From Octopus bimaculoides (taxonomy: Eukaryota), in assembly GCF_001194135.2 (NCBI RefSeq), contig NC_068981.1:65803727-65867726 (forward strand): a DNA stretch of 64,000 nt, in the 5' to 3' direction. Shown here piece after piece: positions 1-13,000 of the stretch (positions are counted from its first letter, which is position 1; each line of letters opens with the position of its first letter). The notes under the pieces are model-generated. The model saw only the letters and a list, made by a program, of their open reading frames with translations, did no database searches and was not told where the DNA came from. Position numbers and translations under genes: made by a program.

Positions 1-799
1 ATAGATAGCTTTTAAATAAGCTGGTGATAGATAAGTGACTAAAATGCTGAACCTTGTCTTTAAAAAATACTCTCTTAAAGTGTATTATGCTGTGAAATTA
101 GCCTTGGTTTATTTAATGCAGAGCATCTATTTTGAATCGAAACTGCTGAAAATCCTTTACTGATTTTATATGAGCCTGCTCCAAAACGTATTTTTCTTGA
201 ACCTGAATCACCTTTATCTTGCTAAGCTAGTTACCAGAACACAGTGAAAAAAATGTGATTATATTTGCTGGTGTGTGGAAACTATCACAAAAACTTCAAA
301 CAGGTTGGACCAGAGCTAGTCTTTATTAAATACCTATCATAATAATCAGTAAATACACATTTGTTGACAGCTACTACTAACAAAAGTTTAATCAATCAGT
401 TCTCAGTTATTTTCTTTAGGACAGAAGCATAATGAAATACATACCAATATAAACACACCTCCAATCATAGCAACAATGATTTCCTACTTTATACATAGGT
501 GAAAAGTTACAAGTTTGTAATAGATGATTTTAGTTGAATTATTCTTTACTAGTGGGACCCGTGGAAATTCCACAAAATGGAAAAAAATTAAGAGGACCTA
601 TTTAAGAAGGAAAGGATGATCTGCATTTTCATAGCATTCATAGTTTAGCTGTTGTTGTAGTGACCACTAGCCAATAGAATTCAAAGTTCTGGAACTCGCA
701 AGAACGTTCACAAAGTGTCCCAAAATTTTTGGTTTACGTGTTTATTATAGTCTTGAGTTTTACAGTTAGAACAAACAGACTTCACACATATCTGAAGTA

Positions 800-1152
800 C
801 CACTGTGTTTTTTTCTTTGCAACTAAACGTATTCCAACTTCTACTGTTATCCCACGATTTGTTGCTTTTGACTCAGCATCTTAATTGTGGCCTGATTACT
901 GGTCAAGAATCTGCATATTTATTATGGCAAACGCTGTGCCTGACCAGTGCAAGGCTCAAATGTTTTTGACTAATCAATCCATTGCCATTCATAAACAACT
1001 AGCGAATCTGGCTACTCAACAGAGTCCACCAAAGGATATTAACAAGCTGACAATGGAGGAAATTGCCAGCTTTATGAAGGAACAATTTAATCCAAAACAT
1101 TTCATTGTGCAAGAACGTTTCAAGTTCTGGAGTAACATGCAACGGAAGCAAG
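800..1152 (+). mobile_element. Ty3/Gypsy gag N-terminal fragment (K02A2.6-like)
   Basis: FVAFDSAS*LWPDYWSR...ANAVPD..KAQMFLTNQS...KDINKLTMEEI..MKEQFNPKHFIVQERFKFWSNMQRK; truncated by a SINE at about 1153. Confidence 0.75.
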
Positions 1153-1340
1153 TTCAGGGAGTGGGCTAGTCAAGAACATTGACCTCAGTACTCAACTGGT
1201 ACTTATTTTATCGATCCGAAAAGGATGAAAGGTAAAGCAAACTTTGTTGGAATTTGAACCTGGACATAAAGACGGATGAAACGCCACTAAGCATTCTGCC
1301 CAGCATAATAATGATTCTACCAGACCAATATTTGACTAAC
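1153..1340 (-). mobile_element. tRNA-derived SINE, family B (partial)
   Basis: Shares gtacttattttatcgatccgaaaaggatgaaaggtaaag...ggaatttgaac with the other family B copies. Confidence 0.7.
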
Positions 1341-2488
1341 TTTTTTATATATTGATACTGAAAAGATCAAAAAGCAAAGATGACTTCAGCAGGATTTGAG
1401 CTCAGAATGTAAAGCGCAAGATGGAAAGCTGCTAAGCATTTTGCCTGACAAACTAGTGATTCTGATAGATTGCCACCTTAAAAATAGCAACTAAATAATG
1501 TCTAATAATAAGGATAAAAAATTTTTTTTTAAACCCAAGACAATTACCAATGAAACTAGTTGTCATGAATTCATTTGACTAACTCTTGGTACACAACACT
1601 GTCACTATAATGTTTCCTTACACAAGACAAGATTTTACTTAAAAGTTAACTCAGTTGGGAAATAAACAAATCTATCTAGGATCCTATCATTCTATCAAGA
1701 GGAAGATATATATCATTTATTTAATGTGCTAAACAAAGTTTATCATTAGTCTTGCAATTCAAAGTAAACTTAAACAAGAACAGAAAGAACCCCACTCATC
1801 TGATAGTCTCCTTACACTTGACAAAATAAACCCATTTCCTTATTTATTGGCTAAACTTGGAAGGGGCTGTACTGTCAGACTTTACATGCTCTTTAAGATT
1901 AGTGAGACTGAGAATTTAATTACTAGAGCTGAAAGACTAAATGTTGCAATATGCACCAGTTGACAATGGGCCAACAGTATTTTCAAGTTTTTAACCCCAA
2001 GCCAAAATATTTGACTTTTTTAAAAAAGAAAAGAATAACATGAAATAGAAACCACAACTATGACAAAATGATAAAAGGGACAAACATAAATATTGAGTGC
2101 TAGTTAATTATGCAGTGCTGTTACTTCTATTGACATTGAAATGTAATAACATGCCACAGTAAAAGGCTGTTGAAAGTTTAAGGTGTCAGCCATGGGACAG
2201 AACACAACACTTGACCATTTGGTTAAGTTGTCTAATAATCAATTCTATCGCCAGTTACAGTTCTAGAATTTCTTTTATAGTAAATGAAAAATGACAGTTT
2301 TATTAGAATAGCATCTCAAATAAGTGAAATAAAACTTAAGATTTAGATGCATTTTAAAATTTAATCCCTATTATTTCCCTATAAAGTAGTACAGGGGTTA
2401 TAAATGAACACAGTTTTTTGTATGACAATTCACAAATGCATACTACTGTCCCATAATCCTTAATGGGCTTCCATCCTTATATTATGTA

Positions 2489-3471
2489 CTAGCAGAGGCA
2501 CCCGGCGTTGCTCGGGAATTAAATTGTTGCTTATATACTTGAAGAAAAAAAAGCAAAATATGCTGCATAGAAATTTGAGGACATTCTGTAGATGGACTCT
2601 CAGATGAATGATGGCTGGGCGCCTCTCATGAATGGGGAAAATTGAAGATGTGCCAAAAAGCCTCATTGGTACTTGGAAACTTTTACGAAAATTAAAATGG
2701 GGATTAAATGAAAAAACTGATTTACGTGAATATCCTCAGAAGAGTAATTGAAATAAATGGCGATTGTGGAACCCCCCCCCCATGCACGCACACACGCGCA
2801 TACGCACGTGTGTCTTTGTAAATATGTTTGCATACATTTATGTATGTGTGTGTTTGTAAGAGACAGAGTGTGAGTGAGTGAAGGGGTGTGTGTGTGCGTG
2901 TGTATGTGTGTGAGACAGAGTGAGAGAGCGGTGTGTATGTAGTATTTACTCTCTCTCTCTCTCTCNNNNNNNNNNNNNNNNNNNNNNNNNNNNNNNNNNN
3001 NNNNNNNNNNNNNNNNNNNNNNNNNNNNNNNNNNNNNNNNNNNNNNNNNNNNNNNNNNNNNNNNNNNNATGTTTGTATACATTTATGTGTGTGTTTGTAA
3101 GAGACAGAGTGTGAGTGAGTGAAGGGGTGTGTGTGTGCGTGTGTATGTGTGTGAGACAGAGTGAGAGAGCGGTGTGTATGTAGTATTTACTCTCTCTCTC
3201 TCTCTCTCTCTCTCATACACACGAACACACAAAATAGAGAGTGAAGCTTTTTGCGGTTGTTACGTCAATACCGGAAGTTGACATTGAGGAACCTTTTTAA
3301 AGAAGTGAATCTTAAATATAAAGCAATATTATTTATTTTTAATTAAAAAAATCAAATGAAGAGCCTAAGATTTATCCGAGGTCAAATTATTCATGTATTA
3401 CAAGTATGGAAGCATTTGGTGAAGTCGATTTGACGTGAAAAGCGATTACACACACAGTATAGATTAAAAGA
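2489..3471 (-). mobile_element. Non-autonomous Helitron with a Rep remnant
   Basis: On the minus strand: A|TC 5' end at 3471, 3' hairpin CCCGAGCAACGCCGGG 8 nt before CTAG|T at 2489, no TSD. Internal FPIHERRPAIIHLRVHL resembles Helitron RepHel; internal GT/CT microsatellites. Confidence 0.85.
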
Positions 3472-3598
3472 TAAATCAGATTGGTTGAAAACAGCTTAAC
3501 TAAGAATTGAACCAGAGTCAGTTGCTTGGGGAGTTTACTAGCCCATTTCAGTGTTTGCACTTTATATTATCAAAGCTAAAATAATTAGGAATACTTAC

Positions 3599-3658
3599 AA
3601 TTTTTTCCACTAAATCAGTAACAATAACACCAGCATAAGTATCAACAACCAGCTCACA
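3599..3658 (-). CDS. PSAP: PSAP exon 13 (60 nt), SapB3; last exon found in the window
   Basis: tttatttcag| ... |gtaagt; [20 protein letters not shown]. No following Cys5/Cys6 exon found in 1-3598. Confidence 0.93.
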
Positions 3659-6600
3659 CTGAAATAAATATTTTAGAAAAAGCATTCATTAGAATGGTGA
3701 AAATAATTTGCATAATTTCATATACTCAGAACAAACATAATAGGGACATGAGAACAAGAGTGTCTCATAGCTGTAGCTCAATCTGTTTGAGATAGCCAAA
3801 GGTCACATTGAACAACAGAGTGCTGATACAAGGCTAAACAACAAAAATAACCAATGAAAATGTCAAGATTAAGAAATAACATTTGCACCACAATAATCTA
3901 ACAATAAAAGCGATCTCCATTTTCAATCAATTGATTTTCCTGCACTACTCAAGCCAAATTTTAAAATAAAATAAATAAATAAAATATTCTCATCTAATTG
4001 TTGGGTCAGATTAAAAAAAAAAATATTGAACACTCTCTGAGTGGTTGGCGTTAGGAAGGGCATCCAGCTGTAGAAACTCTGCCAAATCAGACTGGAGCCT
4101 GGTGTTGCCATCCGGTTTCACCAGTCCTCAGTCAAATCGTCCAACCCATGCTAGCATGGAAAGCGGACGTTAAACGATGATGATGATCTGATGAGGGTTT
4201 TTTTTTGTCTTTTTTACTCCTTTTCTTCAATGAGAACAAGTTATAGATTTGAATCTTTGCATGTTGTTAGACCAATATTACTTTTACATGTGAATGTTTT
4301 ATTTTCTCAATGTCCTTTCAACCCGGATATATCAATTCCATAAGTCAACTATCATACACACAACAATTAAAAAAACTGGGTCAACAGTCCACTACCACCA
4401 CAGCCATTGTATCATAATAAGTGATGATCTGATTCACGCATGTCCATAATAGTGGTTTTAATATCCTTTTACAGGTTTCAGTCATTTGACTGTGGCCATG
4501 ATGGAGCACCGCCTTAAAAGGTTTTAGTCAGATATATGCCCCTCACCCCACCCACAGCACTTCTTTGTAAACCTAGTACTTATCCTATTGATTTCTAGTT
4601 GAACCGCTAAGTTACATGGCATAAACAGACACACACACATATATGATGGACTTCTTTCAGTTTCTGTCAACCAAATCCACTCACAAGGCTTTGGTAAGCT
4701 TGAGACTATAGTAGAAGACACTTGTTCAAGGTGCCAAGCAGTAGAACTGAACCGAGAACCATGTGGTTAGGAAGCAAGCTTCTTACCACACATAAAAATG
4801 GAGTCAGAGGTCCAGTGCTTCAACTTCAGTCTCAGTACAGAATTAATGTATGAGGAAAAAAAAAAAGAAAAAAAAGAAATGCTCATTCAACAATGTGATG
4901 CCATCATTTGTATGTTTTTAGATCTGTTCTTCCATCTTAGGATGGTTTAAACCAGTGATTCTCAACTGGGGTCTATATAAAATTTTTGGGGATCCACACA
5001 AAATAATAAATTGGGGATTCACAATAGTATTTTAAGGGCCCTTGAAAAATGTATTGCAAGAAAAAACTAGGTTTCTTTCTCTAACATTTTACATAGTTCA
5101 ATCTATACAAACTAATGTGTGAAAAACAAAACAGGAATTTTGAAAGAGGTTTCTATAAAACTAGGTTTTAAACACATTAGATGGCTATGGGGGTCTATCA
5201 GAATAAAATAGTAATCAAAAAGATCCACAGATAAAAAATGGTTGAGAACCCCTGGTTTAAACAAATATATATCATAGACATGTTTTTGCAGCAGGATGCC
5301 TTTCTTGTCATTAATTTATCTGTTTACCAAGTAAGTGTTCACTTATTCTTCATGTTTTTGACAGCAAAGAACCAGTAGACAATTTCTTGATAGGGAGATG
5401 ACAATTTGTAATAAATGCAACTATCTGTATCTCAGGGATTTTTTTTTTTTTTTTTTGGTTTGAAAAGTGCAAACGTAAACATTTACATACTAGACATGCT
5501 TTACAGTTTCTGTCTTCCAAATTCATTCATAAGACATTAGATGAAATCATACAATGCAAAATAGTAAACTCAAACTGTTTTACAAATTAAAGCACCCACT
5601 TACCATTTCTTTATATTGACCAAGGTGGCTACAAACCTCCTTCTTCAAAATGTCTTGCAATTCTTCCTGTTAAATATATAGTAAAACCAAAATAATTTCT
5701 AAACACAAAATATAGAAAAGGATATAATTTACATCTGGAACTATCAACTATATGAATAAGTGTGTGTTTAGTATAAATACAAATTAAAATAAAAAATTTT
5801 TATAAAAATGATACTTTAAGTTGTATACTAACATTGCTACAGAATTAAGGTGACAAGCTGGCAGAATTTTTATTACACCAAGCAAGATACGTAGCAGTAT
5901 TTCAACTGTCTTTACATTCTGAGTTCAAATTCTACCAAGGTTGATTTTGCCTTTCATCCTTTTGGGGTCAATAAAAATAAGTACCAGTTGAACACTGAAG
6001 TTCATTTGACTTCAAAATTTGAAAACAATATTGCTACAGAAGTAAGGTGGTGAGCCAACACAATAGTTAGTATGCCAGGCAAAATCCTTAGTGACATTTC
6101 ATCTATGTTCTGAGTTCAAATTCTGCCGAAGTTGACTTTGCATTTCATCCCTTTGGGGTTGATAAAATAAATACCAGTTGAACACTGGGGTCAATATAAC
6201 CAACTTACCTTCTCCCGATATTGCTGGCCTTGTGCCAAAATTTGAAACCAATATTGCTAGCGAACTAAATTTGTAGGAACACTAAACTTGGCATGCGAAG
6301 ACCTGTTGGGGGCAAGCGAAAACAAAATCGTGATGGCACCTGTACCAGTAAATCACTAAGAGCACCGTCCGAGCGTGATCGTTGCCAGAGCACCAGCTGT
6401 CTGGCTTCTGTGCCGGTGGCATGTAAATAGCACCATTTGAGCGTGACCGTTACCAACGTCNNNNNNNNNNNNNNNNNNNNNNNNNNNNNNNNNNNNNNNN
6501 NNNNNNNNNNNNNNNNNNNNNNNNNNNNNNNNNNNNNNNNNNNNNNNNNNNNNNNNNNNNNNNNNNNNNNNNNNNNCCATTTCGAGCGTGGCCGTCGCCA

Positions 6601-7025
6601 GTACCCGCCTGACTGGTCCTTGTGCCAGTGGCACGTAAAAGCACCCACTACACTCTTGGAGTGGTTGGCATTAGGAAGGGCATCCAGCTGTAGAAACTCT
6701 GCCAAATCAGATTGGAGCCTGGTGTCGCCTCCTGGTCCATCAGTCCTCAGTCAAATCATCCAACCCATGCTAGCATGGAAAGCGGACGTTAAACGACGAT
6801 GATGATGAGTACTTTTAAACAGACAAACAATTTTACATATTCTTTTACTTGTTTGTCATTTGACTCTGGCCATGCTGGAGCACCGCCTTTAGTCGAGCAA
6901 ATTGACCCCAGGACATTCTTTGTAACCCTAGAACATTCTATCAGTCTCTTTTGCCAAACCGCTAAGTTACAGAGACATAAACATACCAGCATCAGTTGTC
7001 AAGCAATGTTAGGGAGCCAAACACA

Positions 7026-7062
<37 letters not shown>

Positions 7063-10000
7063 ACACACACGATGGGCTTCTTTTAGACACTTGCCCAAAG
7101 TGCCACGCAGTGGGACTGAACCTGGAATCATGTGGTTGGTAAGCAAGCTACTTACCACACAGCCACTCCTGCACCTATATGGCCAGATTTATCAGAAAAG
7201 ATACTGAATTCAAGTGAAGGCTAGTGAAAGAATAAACTTAAGAAAGTATCTACTGTAGGTTAAAAAAATCTAGTTTAATTTTAAGACCACATCTGTAAAA
7301 CTAATATACAACAAGAAATAGAGTATAGTTATGAATGCTAAGCAGTTGCCAGCTGAAAGTGATCATCAACACCCTTCCTCAAAACTTACTTCAGAAAATT
7401 GTGCCATATTTTCTACCAAGATAAAAAGGAATTGCAAAGCCATGTGTCCAACTGGAGATGAGAAAAATAAACTAAGAAAAATTAATTTTCAATGACAAGA
7501 CAAAAATATACCTACCGTAGTTGTATTAGCTGTTAGGTCTTTCTTTATCTTGTCCAAGAACATTTTGCAATCTTTACATTCATCCTTGAAAAAGAAAACA
7601 AGATAATATGCTCAAACTGATTTTGACATTTTAAGCACACAAAAATAGAAGACATATGAGCTTATTAAAAAACAGCCTACCTTTAAATTATTATTGTGCA
7701 CTATGCTTTCCATCAAGTGAGAAACAGCAGCTTCCTTAGACATTGGGCAGAATGTCAAAAGACTACAGAGGAACTCTGGTGCCTGTTGAAAATAGAAATT
7801 ATAATTGTAAATCTCTAGCAATGATTCACAGTAAGAGGCTTTTAATTTTCAACATCTTTTTCTTCATTACACAACCAATGTCCAACTTTGCATAATTTTC
7901 TTATTTGCCACTTCTCGACCAGCATCATTCCGTAAGTAAACATTACCATTGTCAAAGCTACCACATTTGCTGCCCACATCACTTCCAATTCCACACAATG
8001 AAATTACCCCACTAATCACTCTCCATCTGTCCCATTACTACATACTTTTGCCAAGAGTGAAGACTTTGATCATTTCAACAAAATAATTATTATGGTATCC
8101 TTTCCAATAGTCTAAAACAATTATATAGGGCCAGCTCCTGTCCTGGCCAAATTATCTTTTTCTCTACAAGGATCTGTTTGAAACTATGAAGACATAATAG
8201 CCTGATCCATTCCCCAAAAAGTGAAAAAAGTGTAATATAACTGATTCATCTTTAACCATTTTAATGTGATAAGCAACCACTTCTTTGATTTCTACAAACA
8301 AACAGTATTCAAACATACAAACATGGTACAAATACTAGGCTTCACCTCTACAACATTGACAATGCTGTATTCAGAACCAAAAAAATATTTCACTTCTGAT
8401 CAGTTGATCTTCTCAAAACTAAAAAAAAAGACCGTGTATGTATGTACTGTCACACAAACACACACATACCTTAAACTTCATCTAAAAGGTGTTTCAGTGA
8501 TTCTCGTCATTCTTATTGCCATCTTATCTCTTAGCAAACACTTTGTCCAATCCCAACCCTCCAGCATTGCAACTTTCTACAATTCTTTCACACTTTTTTT
8601 TTTTTAAGATGTTAACCTATAGATGTTTTAACTAAATAGCAATCACATCAATCTCACTAGTCTAAGTCAACCAAAAGAGGACATGCACGCTGCTTTTCTT
8701 TAATGACTTATGATTTAAAATGTTACATATTGCTGAAGTTAATTAAGGCAATCAAAGAAATACATGAAATCAAGTTTAATTACAATACCTAAATAATACC
8801 AAAGCTGTAACAGTTACTGACAACTATTTACTTTCAAACCTGCATAAAAAGCTAGGTTACTGTTATGTGCATATATGAATACGTACCATTAGGTGTACAT
8901 ACATGTGTGTGTAGTGTGTATGGCTAGGTGCAGGTGTGACTGTGGTTAAGAAGTTTGCTCCCCAACCACATCATTTTGGGTACAGTCTCACTGTGTGGCA
9001 TCTTGGGCAAGTGCCTTCTATTATAATTATCTCCCAAATCCACTCGCTAGGCTTGGTTGATGAAAAGCAAAAGAAGCTCATTGTGTGTGTGTACATTTCA
9101 TGTTTGTGTAATATATAATAGGAAATGCATCCATTATGTAAACCTTCCTCAGTTAAAACGTACGCGCGCGCACGCGTGTGCGTGTGTGTGTGTTTGTGCC
9201 CTTGTCTTGACATAGTATGGTAGTTGCAAGTGAGTGCCGCTGTCATATTTCTGTCATGCAAAAACATGGCTGGTAAAGGGGAAATATTACTCTGCTTGGA
9301 GATAAGGGTTGGGTGGCAGGAAAGGGCATTGGCCCATAGAAAATATTCCACAATAAACTGTGCAAGCCTTGTAAAACACGTAAAATGGCATACTAAAATT
9401 ATATGTGTGTATACTATCAAGTTTACAACATTGGCTTCTTCTCATCCTTGTATTACTCTTATTGCATATCCTTTTTAATTAACATCCCCTTTTCTCACTC
9501 ATCTGTCTATCACCTACGTCTTATTCCTCACTATCCACAACAGCACTATGCTGCCTGTGTGACTAAGGATGGTAGTGCTTCCGCTTCGTTCACCATATTA
9601 GCTTCCTGTCTAACTAAGGACGTTACTGTATCTACCTGGCCCTCTCACCAATATTTCACTTCTTTTTATACTCATCACCCTCACACTTTTGCTCATGTTG
9701 AGGCATATGCTCAAGGGACCTCATCAGATATGCAAGTATCCAATACTCCCTATCTGTACTTCCCATTGGCCTTTTGGTGTCAACATCTACGATTTACCCC
9801 TCATTTTTAATCTACATCAAGCTCTTACCTACATCCTACAGTGCTAGTACCACAATAAAATCCACCCAGTACACTGTTAAGTATACAACCAAGAGATCCC
9901 TTTGGTCTTGCTGAAGACGTGACAACTTCCTTAATACTGGTGTCACAAAAATTGCACTCAGTACATACAATCAGTGAGGTGGTTGGTGTTAAGGTAATCC

Positions 10001-13000
10001 AGCCGCAGAAACTAAACCAAAAAAAATGAATCTTATGAGAGCAAGATGTGGTTCTCCAACCCATCCAGAAACAAAAAAAAAAAAACAACTGTCCAAACCA
10101 TGCCACCATAGAAAGTGGACATGATATTTGCTTACAAGTACTAATAACTGGGACAAAATTAATATGCAAAGACATGCTCCATGCAACAAGAGTAACCTAT
10201 CCTAGTTAAATCTGTAACATGGCTTTGATTCCAAGCTAAAACATTTTTACACATTTAGTGTTCTTGGAAAAGAACTTTAATACATTCTAGTTCTCTTTAC
10301 CTACTAATAAATCCATATTTCTAGTCAAAAGGAATCATTATGTCAAGAAGCATCACTAAGATAATTAACATTTCTGTATATGTAAATATTCACTTTTTTA
10401 TTTTATTTACAATCTTATACTCATTCTTCCACAGACTACCCAACTGCCAGACCAGGCTACTCAACAAAAACAACTACTGAGCTCCTATGCAAAGTGTCCT
10501 TCATGAGATGATAGCTGTTCAACAGAACTATACAGATGAGCAATCAGCAGTTAGTTTGCAAATGGATTTCAAGGATTCTTCCGTGTTAGATAAATCTAGC
10601 TGACACACTTAGCTTAATACACTCAGACAGACTGAATTCTTACATCTCCAATTCCGTGAGGTCAAAAACTTTTCAAAATTATCTTTGATAAAAATTATTC
10701 TTGATCTTTGGTAAATTGTCCAAAACATTTATAACCATGATAATTTCTATCAACACAAAACTACATAATTTGAGAGAAGTGTACTTGGCAGCAGAGGGAT
10801 GAAAGGAAGTGAAAAGGAGTATCTGAACACAGAATGTAAGTAAATAAAGAAAGGTATTTTGTCTAACAATTAAGTGAATCTATCACCCACCATTGATTGA
10901 TAAATAAATAAAATAATAATACTTACAATATACATACTGAGCTGTTGCATTATAAGAGGAACAAAATCACTCACATATTCCATGCACTGAAAAATGAGAT
11001 AAGGGTATGAATGTATTGCAAAAAACATTTAATAGAAAACCTAAATTTAACTGGTGAAAAGAATGTTTTACTTCTAAATCCAACATTAGGGATAAAATAT
11101 AAATGGTAAGTAAAATTTATTATGCTATAAATGCAAGTAGTTTATTACTACATAATTTACAATAGAAAGCAAGGATACTTACTATCCCTTTAAAAGGTCC
11201 AAGATAAGGACAAACTTCATCATCAAATACTTTCTCAATGTTGTTCTACAAGAAATAAAAGTTAAAGGAAAAGAATACAATGGTAAATATATCAACAGTC
11301 TAAGAGAGACATACATAAGGTATAAGATAATTGTAGAGTTGTACAGGGGTGGAGAAGGAGAAATAATTTGGTAGCATAGTGTGTGCACATGCATGCGTGT
11401 GTGCGAGAGAGAGAGTGCTTGCGCACGAGTGTACATGTGAGTATGCATGCGTGTATGCATGTGCGAGTGTGCATGCACATGTGTGTGCATGTGCGTATGT
11501 ATGTGTGTGCATGTATGTGTGTGTATGAATGTGTGTATGCATGTGTGTGTGTATGCATGTGTGTATGTGCGTGCATGTGCGTGTGTGTTTTTGTGTACAC
11601 ACGTGTCTCCTTGTCTTGACATCACATGTTCATTATAAACAAGTGTCATCATTATACAAGCAGTAACATTGATTTGCAATCTTGTATGAAGACGTGTCCA
11701 GCCTTTTGTGTTTGAAAGACTAGGAGAAATATCACTAAGCTTGGGAACCAGTGAATGTTGGTGTTATCAGCATTGATAACAAATTCCATCTAACCCATGC
11801 AAGCATGGAAAAAAATAAATGCTAAAATGATGAAAATAATGATGATGATGATGATGATGAAGAAGAAGCTTGCATCACCTCTTTTTCCACAGAAGGAACT
11901 GACTTTAGCACTACAAGCTTACAAACTACTTGTCCATTTTACATGGTTGCTGCCGAGGAGTTCAATGATACCAGGTCTGACAACACCAACCTAGTTGAAA
12001 CTGACCTGTCTAAATCATTCATACCTACATTGGGATCTTATTACATACATGATAACTAAGGAAAACGTTCCAGAGTTTCATGTATGGAATATTTAAGTTG
12101 CATTTCAAACTCTAGCATAAATCAAGTTATTTAATTAAGACACTACAAATTTCTTCACTGCTTTATTCTTTTATACTGCTCTCAGCTATTAAACTTCTAC
12201 CCTGCAAACATTTTTAGCCAATCATATCCCAGTACTCTTTTACTTTGTTTCAGTCATTTGACTGCGGCCATGCTGGGGCACCGCCTTTAGTCGAGAAAAT
12301 CGACCTCAGGCCTTATTCTTTGTAAGCCTAGTACTTATTCTATCGGTCTCTTTTTGCCGAACCGCTAAGTTACGGGGACGTAAACACACCAGCCTCGGTT
12401 GTCAAGCGAAGTTGGGGGGACAAACACAGACACACGAACATACACATATATATACATATATACGACGGGCTTCTTTCAGTTTCCGTCTACCAAATCCACT
12501 CACAAGGCTTCGGTCGGCCCGAGGCTATAGTAGAAGACACTTGCCCAAGGTGCCACGCAGTGGGACTGAACCTAGAACCATGTGGTTCGTAAGCAAGCTA
12601 CTTACCACACAGCCACTCCTGCGCCTATGATAAGTTTTATTTATAGAGATAATGTATTACATTTAATGCTCAACATTTATGAAGCTAAAATAACTGTTTC
12701 AAATTTTGGCATAAAAACCAGCAATTTTAGAGGGAAAGGGTAAGTTGGCCCCAGTACTCAACTAGTACTTATTTTATAGATCCCCGCAAAAAAAAAAGAT
12801 GAAAGTTAAAGTTGACCTCAGTAGAATTTGAACTTAGAAAGTAAAGCTGGAAAAAATACCACTAAAGACTTTGTCCAGCATGCTACCGATTCTACCAGGC
12901 CACTGCCTTATGAAAATTAAATAATGAAATAAAATACTTACAACAACAACTTTGGATGTCAATCTCTGACGAACATCAGTGAAAAATACTTTGCAATCAT

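Noticed and set aside
2826-3213. About 125-bp direct repeat on both sides of the N-gap at 2966-3068
   Set aside because: Near-identical sequence flanking a gap is typical of unmerged contig overlap; most likely an assembly artefact.
11182-11679. 165-aa His/Thr-rich ORF and similar ORFs at 24235-24949, 51707-52195 and 63536-63913
   Set aside because: Read-through of microsatellites or N-gaps; only 11183-11245, in a different frame, is a real exon.
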